Below are positions 58,401 through 64,000 of a stretch of 64,000 nt of DNA, piece after piece. Both the position numbers and the translations under genes were made by a program. How positions within the stretch are numbered: position 1 is the first letter of the stretch; every line of letters starts with the position of its first letter. The stretch comes from an uncultured Thermoplasmatales archaeon (lineage in GTDB: Archaea > Thermoplasmatota > E2 > DHVEG-1), in the NCBI GenBank assembly GCA_964638155.1, contig CAZWYI010000006.1, positions 5,949-69,948 of the forward strand. The letters run 5' to 3'. Under the pieces are notes generated by a model. The model searched no databases, was not told the DNA's origin, and saw only the letters and a program-made list of their open reading frames with translations.

Positions 58401-59771
58401 ATGGTATTAAAATCTATTAATCCGTCTAATAAAGAGATTTTAAAAGAATTTAGAGAAGATAGTCAAAAAGAAATTGAAGATAAGATTAAAAAAAGTACTA
58501 GGGCCTTTGATAATTGGAAAAATATTACTTTTAAAAAGAAAAGATTTCTTTTAAAAAACGTTGGAAAAATCCTTAGAAAAAATAAAAGTAAATATGCAAA
58601 AATTATGACCATTGAAATGGGAAAACCTATATCTCAATCAGAGGCTGAAGTTGAAAAATGTGTATGGCTTTGTGATTTTTACGCGGAGAATGGATCCAAA
58701 TTTTTAGAAAAAGAAATAATTGAAACTGATGCTGAATCGAGTTATATTCAGTATACTCCACTAGGTGTTATACTTGGGATTATGCCTTGGAATTTTCCAT
58801 TCTGGCAGATTTTTCGTTTTGCAGTACCAACTCTTCTAGCAGGTAACACTGTTTTACTTAAACATTCATCAAATGTCCCTCAATGTTCACTTGCTATTGA
58901 AGATATCTTTAAAAAAGCAGGATTTAATAAATATGAATTTCAAAACCTATTGATATGTTCTAAAAATATATCTAATATCATTGAAGATGATAGAATTAAA
59001 GCAGTGTCACTTACAGGTAGTACTGAAGCTGGGATGAAAACTGCAGAGAAAGCTGGTAAAAATATTAAAAAAACAGTTCTTGAACTTGGTGGTAGTGATC
59101 CATTTATTGTTTTTGATGATGCAGATTTAAATTATACAGTTGATATGGCAGTTAAAGCTAGGATGTTAAATAATGGTCAGAGTTGTATTGCTGCTAAAAG
59201 ATTTATTGTTTTTGATAGTATTTTTGATAAATTTCAAAAATTATTAACAGAAAAGATCAGTGAGTTAAAAGTTGGTGATCCTTTAGATAAAAATGTAGAT
59301 ATCGGACCACTTGCAACAAAGGATGGTTTAGATCAAATTAATAGGCAAGTTTTAAAATCTGTAGAAATGGGGGCAAAGGTTTTAGTTGGCGGGAAAAAAC
59401 CAGATATGTCAGGTTTTTTTTATCTACCAACTGTTATTACAAATATAAAAAAAGAAATGCCAGTTTATAATGAGGAAACCTTTGGGCCAGTAGCTACAAT
59501 AATAAAGGTAAAAGATGAAAAAGAAACAGTAAAAATTGCAAATGATACCTGTTATGGTCTAGGTGCAAGCGTTTGGACTAAAGATTTTAAAAAAGCAGAA
59601 AGACTTAGTAAATATATTGAGGCAGGTAATGTTTTTGTAAATGAAATAGTAAAATCTGATCCAAGACTTCCTTTTGGCGGTGTTAAAAAATCTGGTTTTG
59701 GAAGAGAACTTTCATATTATGGCATTAAAGAGTTTGTAAATATTCAAACAGTTTATATTAAAAAAACATAG
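58401..59771 (+). CDS. NAD(P)-dependent aldehyde dehydrogenase, succinate-semialdehyde dehydrogenase-like
   Basis: MPWNFP, LTGS, LELGGSDP, NGQSC, EETFGP, PFGGVK.SG.GRE. Confidence 0.88.
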   Translation: MVLKSINPSNKEILKEFREDSQKEIEDKIKKSTRAFDNWKNITFKKKRFLLKNVGKILRKNKSKYAKIMTIEMGKPISQSEAEVEKCVWLCDFYAENGSKFLEKEIIETDAESSYIQYTPLGVILGIMPWNFPFWQIFRFAVPTLLAGNTVLLKHSSNVPQCSLAIEDIFKKAGFNKYEFQNLLICSKNISNIIEDDRIKAVSLTGSTEAGMKTAEKAGKNIKKTVLELGGSDPFIVFDDADLNYTVDMAVKARMLNNGQSCIAAKRFIVFDSIFDKFQKLLTEKISELKVGDPLDKNVDIGPLATKDGLDQINRQVLKSVEMGAKVLVGGKKPDMSGFFYLPTVITNIKKEMPVYNEETFGPVATIIKVKDEKETVKIANDTCYGLGASVWTKDFKKAERLSKYIEAGNVFVNEIVKSDPRLPFGGVKKSGFGRELSYYGIKEFVNIQTVYIKKT

Positions 59772-59792
59772 AGGGGCTTACGGCCTGCATAC

Positions 59793-61007
59793 TTACATAT
59801 TTAATTTATATGATAAAAACTCTTTACCAAGAAGCTCTCTTGCAATTATTATTTTCATAATGTTCATAGTACCTTCTGCCCCAATAGAGTATGATCTCAC
59901 ACCACGGATACCCATCTCAATTGGGTATTCCTTGGTATATCCTGCAGCGCCAAGCCAATCTGCTACTTCATTCATAACTATAAAGGTATGAACAGGAGCA
60001 CGAAGTTTACTCATAGCTGCGGCAAGTGCTACATCATGATGGTCAAATCCTTTTTTCTGATACATTTGATCCATAATCCAAGCGGCACGATATGTCAAAA
60101 GTTTGTCACTTTCTATATCTCCATAGTGCTCTGCTAATGGAAACTGGATGCCTTCAAAACTTGCTATTGGTTTTCCAAAAGACTTTCGATTTTTAATATG
60201 ATCTATTCCAAATTCAAGTGCTCCTTCTGCTGCACCAACACAGGTTGCACCAATAAGTGTTCGAGCAGCTGAAAATCCTTCCATAGCATAATAAAAACCA
60301 CGATTTTCTTCTCCAACAAGATAATCATCAGATAACTCTAAGTTATTCATTTTAAAACCACCAGTTGATATACCCATCCTGCCCATATCTTCAAGGAAAG
60401 TAGTTTCAATATCAGATCTGTTTTTGAGAGGTACTGCAAAAAAACTAAATCCTTTATGGCCTTTAGAAGAATCAGTACGAGCAAGTGTAAGATGTACTCC
60501 TCCCCATTTACTAGATTCAGATATACCGCTGATATACATCTTCTCGCCGTTAATAGCCCATTTATTGTTTTTCTTCTCTGCCTTAGTTTTAGCAGATCCA
60601 ACTATGTCTGAGCCTCCTTCAGATTCAGTTACAGCAATACCACAAAAAGCATCCCCCGATGTTACTTTAGGTAGATATTCTTCTTTTAATTTCTTTGTAC
60701 CGTATCTATTAAATATAAATCCCCAAGAAGCCTCTACTAAATACAATACAGGAACTGCAAGGCTGATATCAGCACGACCTAATTCTTCAGCAGCAATACA
60801 TGCCATGGTCCAATCAAGATCTGCGCCGCCATATTCTTTTGAGACAGTTGGAGCAAGGAGCCCTAATTTCCCCATTTTTTTAATGATATCTATAGGAATT
60901 TGACCTGTTGTATCATTTTCTCTTACCTTTGGCGTGATATTTTTTTGTGCAAATTCACGAACAATTTTTCTCCATAATTTTTGTTCTTCTGTCCAATTAA
61001 ATTCCAT
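59793..61007 (-). CDS. Acyl-CoA dehydrogenase family protein
   Basis: TESEGGSD, NGEKMYIS, R.SFGKPI..F.GIQF, GYT.EY, EGT. Confidence 0.92.
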   Translation of the reverse strand: MEFNWTEEQKLWRKIVREFAQKNITPKVRENDTTGQIPIDIIKKMGKLGLLAPTVSKEYGGADLDWTMACIAAEELGRADISLAVPVLYLVEASWGFIFNRYGTKKLKEEYLPKVTSGDAFCGIAVTESEGGSDIVGSAKTKAEKKNNKWAINGEKMYISGISESSKWGGVHLTLARTDSSKGHKGFSFFAVPLKNRSDIETTFLEDMGRMGISTGGFKMNNLELSDDYLVGEENRGFYYAMEGFSAARTLIGATCVGAAEGALEFGIDHIKNRKSFGKPIASFEGIQFPLAEHYGDIESDKLLTYRAAWIMDQMYQKKGFDHHDVALAAAMSKLRAPVHTFIVMNEVADWLGAAGYTKEYPIEMGIRGVRSYSIGAEGTMNIMKIIIARELLGKEFLSYKLNM

Positions 61008-61011
61008 TTGA

Positions 61012-62268
61012 TTAATCCCTCTTTAAGAATGGTATAGTTAAACTACCATATGGCATTACAAGGATTTTGGGTTGTTTTGTTTTTTCTTTAATAATTTTGA
61101 TTGCATCTTCAACTGCTTTTTGAATTTCTGAATATGGTTTCAGCTGGGCTTTTTTAATAATGGGATCATCTAAATCTGTTACAGCCCACATCTCAGCACG
61201 AGTTCCAATTTGTGCCATTTTTGCAGCTTTATGATATCCCAGTTTATATTCTTCACCAAGTTTTTCAAGCACTTCATGGCATGATGTCTCTGAACCAAGA
61301 AGATCTAAAAATTTATCTTCTCCAACACCCATTCTGCATTTTGAAACAAGAATAATAATTCCATCATCCTCAAGAGCATGTTTTCCATTATCTAAAGCTT
61401 TCTGGGATTGATATAAATCAACATCCATAGGATATGGTGCTGCAGTTATGACAATATTTGCTTTTTGTTTTAATGGAACACAAAAGATCTGCTTTGCATG
61501 TTCAATAGCTGCATCAAATGATTTATGTAAATCACCTGCTGTTGCTGCATATACCTTATGCTCTCCTGTTAAAATGGTTTGTATTGAAAATACATTGATA
61601 TTTTTTAATACGTTCATGGCATCAACCATATCTTCATGAACAGGATTTCCTTTTAGAGCAAGGGAACAAGCTTTATCACTTAAGGCGAGCTTATGGTTCA
61701 TCTCAATTGTTTTGTATGAAGCTACTCCAGGAAGAAATGATTTTCGTCCTCCTGTAAATCCTGCAAAGTAATGAGGTTCCACACTTCCTATAACAAGTAC
61801 ATTTTCATACTCGGAAACAAGCTTATTTATATACATCTCAGTTCCATTTTTAGATGTTCCAAGATAAACCATTTCCTCTTCATTTCGTGCATTATGTATT
61901 ATAATTTGATTTTTAAATAAATTATATGTTTTTCCAAATATGTATTTCAATTCTTCATCGGTAGGTGCTCGGTGTACCCCTGTTGCTATAAGAAATGTAA
62001 CATGTGGATGTGACGAAAGAATAGGGGATAAATATTCCAATATTTTTGCTGTTGGAGTAGGTCTTGTAGCATCATTAACAATAACTAGAAGTTTTTCTGA
62101 TTTTTCAGCAAATTGTTCAAATGTTTCCATGTCAATTGGTTTTTCCAAAGCTTTTTTTATAACTTTGTTTTCATTTTTTATTTTAATTTTTTTTGGATAA
62201 ATCACTTCAACAGGTTCACTTATTGAAACAGTAATCTCTTTTTCCCCGTATGGTATATTTACATCCAT
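61012..62268 (-). CDS. larA: LarA-family nickel-pincer 2-hydroxyacid racemase/epimerase
   Basis: NDATRPTPT, ATGVHR, PHYFAGFTGGRKS, DLYQSQK. Confidence 0.9.
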   Translation of the reverse strand: MDVNIPYGEKEITVSISEPVEVIYPKKIKIKNENKVIKKALEKPIDMETFEQFAEKSEKLLVIVNDATRPTPTAKILEYLSPILSSHPHVTFLIATGVHRAPTDEELKYIFGKTYNLFKNQIIIHNARNEEEMVYLGTSKNGTEMYINKLVSEYENVLVIGSVEPHYFAGFTGGRKSFLPGVASYKTIEMNHKLALSDKACSLALKGNPVHEDMVDAMNVLKNINVFSIQTILTGEHKVYAATAGDLHKSFDAAIEHAKQIFCVPLKQKANIVITAAPYPMDVDLYQSQKALDNGKHALEDDGIIILVSKCRMGVGEDKFLDLLGSETSCHEVLEKLGEEYKLGYHKAAKMAQIGTRAEMWAVTDLDDPIIKKAQLKPYSEIQKAVEDAIKIIKEKTKQPKILVMPYGSLTIPFLKRD

Positions 62269-62358
62269 TTATCTCCCTCAGATTATTCTGTCTTTTCAGA
62301 TATATTATAAGATAAATCACCTAATATATTTATATGTTTACTTATATTCGCCGAACTG

Positions 62359-63819
62359 ATGAAAAATTACCATGTTGCAATTATTGGAGGGGGTGTTATC
62401 GGTTCTGCCATTGCATGGGAACTTTCAAAGTATAAAGTTGATGTAATTGTTTTTGAAGCAGGATCAGATGTTGCATCAGCTGCAAGCAAAGCAAACAGCG
62501 GTGTATTGCATAGTGGTATAAATTCTGCTGAAAATTCAATTAAAGCTCGTTTTTGTGTAAAAGGAAATGAGATGTTTAATGATCTTTCTAAAAAACTAAA
62601 TATTTCAGTAAAATGGATTGGAAAATATGTAATTGCAAAAAATCCAAATGAAGAAAAAAAACTAAAAAGACTTAAAAAAATCGGTGAAAATAACGGGGTA
62701 ATGGGTTTAAAAATTGTAGAAGGTTCAGATGTAACAGAACCCAATGTTTCATGTTACTCTGCATTATGGGTGCCAAGTGCAGGAATCACTCTCCCCTATG
62801 AGTTTACTATTGCCCTTGCTGAGAATGCTGTTGAAAATAATTCAAAAATATTACTTGAAACAAAAGTAACTGATCTTAAAAAACAAAATGATAAATTTCT
62901 AATTAAAACAAATAAAGGGGAATTCAAATCAAATATAATTATAAATGCAGCAGGGATGAATTGCAGAAAAATAGTTGCAATGCTTGAAAAATCAGATTTT
63001 AATGTTTATCCATGTAGAGGAGAATATCTTGTTTTAGATAAAAAATACAGTAATTTGGTAACTTCAATGATTTATCCAGTACCTGATACAAAAAAAGGAG
63101 TTTTAGGTGTTCATATTACACCAACAATTGAGGGGAATTTGCTTCTTGGTCCAAGTGCAGAGTTTATTTATGATCCAGATGATAAAAGGACAACATCTGG
63201 AAAAATGAAAGTTTTATACAAAGAAGCAAAAGAAATAATCCCTAGCCTGCCATCAGATGCAGTAATAAATGCATACTCCGGCATTCGATGTAAACTTGCA
63301 TCAGAAAAAGAAGGTGCTTGGGCAGACTATAGAATTTTCGAAAGCAAAAAAACTCCAGATTTGATAAATCTTTTAGGAATAGAGTCTCCGGGTCTAACTG
63401 CTGCTCCTGCAATTGCAGAAGAAATTAGAAAAATGATAGATAATAAAATGGTTTTGAAAAAAAAGGAAAAATTCATTTTACCAAAAAAACAAAAACGTTT
63501 TTCTGAAATGAACTTAGAAGAAAAAACAAAATTAATCCAAAAGGATAAATCCTGGGGGAGAATTGTTTGTAGATGTGAGCATGTCACAGAAGCAGAAGTG
63601 ATTAGAGCTTTATCAAATCCATTGGGTGCAAAAACATTATCTGCAGTTAAATATCGATGTAGAGCAGGAATGGGTAGATGTCAAGGTGGGTTTTGCACAC
63701 AGCATATTGTTAGAATTATGGAAGAAAATTTTAATATGAATTTTAAAAATATAAACCTAAAATCACCAAATTCAAATTTATTTTACAGAAGAAATCGAGA
63801 GGTAGAACATGATAAATAA
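62359..63819 (+). CDS. FAD-dependent oxidoreductase with C-terminal BFD-like [2Fe-2S] domain (anaerobic glycerol-3-phosphate dehydrogenase A / LhgO-like)
   Basis: GGGVIG, SKANSG, RGEY, GIESPGLTAAPA, CRCE..RAGMGRCQGGFC. Confidence 0.88.
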   Translation: MKNYHVAIIGGGVIGSAIAWELSKYKVDVIVFEAGSDVASAASKANSGVLHSGINSAENSIKARFCVKGNEMFNDLSKKLNISVKWIGKYVIAKNPNEEKKLKRLKKIGENNGVMGLKIVEGSDVTEPNVSCYSALWVPSAGITLPYEFTIALAENAVENNSKILLETKVTDLKKQNDKFLIKTNKGEFKSNIIINAAGMNCRKIVAMLEKSDFNVYPCRGEYLVLDKKYSNLVTSMIYPVPDTKKGVLGVHITPTIEGNLLLGPSAEFIYDPDDKRTTSGKMKVLYKEAKEIIPSLPSDAVINAYSGIRCKLASEKEGAWADYRIFESKKTPDLINLLGIESPGLTAAPAIAEEIRKMIDNKMVLKKKEKFILPKKQKRFSEMNLEEKTKLIQKDKSWGRIVCRCEHVTEAEVIRALSNPLGAKTLSAVKYRCRAGMGRCQGGFCTQHIVRIMEENFNMNFKNINLKSPNSNLFYRRNREVEHDK

Positions 63820-64000
63820 ATCTGTAGAGGTAGCAGTAATTGGCGGTGGTCCTGCAGGTCTTGCTTCTGCAATTTCAGCAAAAGAACATGGTGCAAAAAA
63901 AGTTTTAGTTTTAGATAGAAATAATTGGCTTGGAGGAATTCTACCTCAATGTATTCATGATGGATTTGGAGTTGAAGAAACTGGAACTTCTATGACTGGA
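63809..64000 (+). CDS. NAD(P)/FAD-dependent oxidoreductase, partial (runs off window)
   Basis: MINKSVEVAVIGGGPAG..LGGILPQCIHDGFG; overlaps the upstream stop; usual partner of GlpA-like genes. Confidence 0.85.
   Translation, partial: MINKSVEVAVIGGGPAGLASAISAKEHGAKKVLVLDRNNWLGGILPQCIHDGFGVEETGTSMTG

Noticed and set aside
267..63587. Many short antisense or alternate-frame ORFs in the ORF track (e.g. 8257-8919 +, 21468-22181 -)
   Set aside because: They overlap well-supported genes, lack motifs and are expected shadows of biased codon usage or repeats

Overview
AT-rich (~30% GC) archaeal chromosome segment; gene content and SD/TATA signals suggest an anaerobic Thermoplasmatota (MBG-D/DHVEG-1-like, inference only). 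1-13.4 kb: hypCD, a tetraether-synthase-type radical SAM gene, a cysteine synthase operon preceded by an unannotated Cys-rich leader peptide (MNNLICSCC) with a T8 run and an 11-bp inverted repeat, and a DUF134/DUF5320/Mrp/NifX/COG1149/DUF89 metal-cofactor operon. 13.5-29.3 kb: two large secreted modular proteins around xth and an M32 carboxypeptidase. The ~2970-aa FG-GAP/FN3/beta-helix surface protein sits alone in an integrase-less 9.3-kb cassette bounded by identical 23-bp tRNA-Leu 3'-end repeats and paired palindromic motifs. 29.4-64 kb: a large energy-metabolism region with sucCD, a soluble fumarate reductase pair, 2-oxoacid:ferredoxin oxidoreductase, two HdrABC sets, MvhADG hydrogenase, a GlcD/GlcF-like dehydrogenase, a lipoate ligase embedded among the hdr genes, fumarate hydratase, OsmC plus a stand-alone LbpA/GcvH-type lipoyl carrier, aldehyde and acyl-CoA dehydrogenases, LarA and a GlpA-like pair. 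Main hypotheses: a lipoyl-protein-based (CoM/CoB-independent) Hdr thiol cycle, ribosome-mediated cysteine attenuation in an archaeon, and a non-autonomous tRNA-fragment-bounded adhesin cassette.
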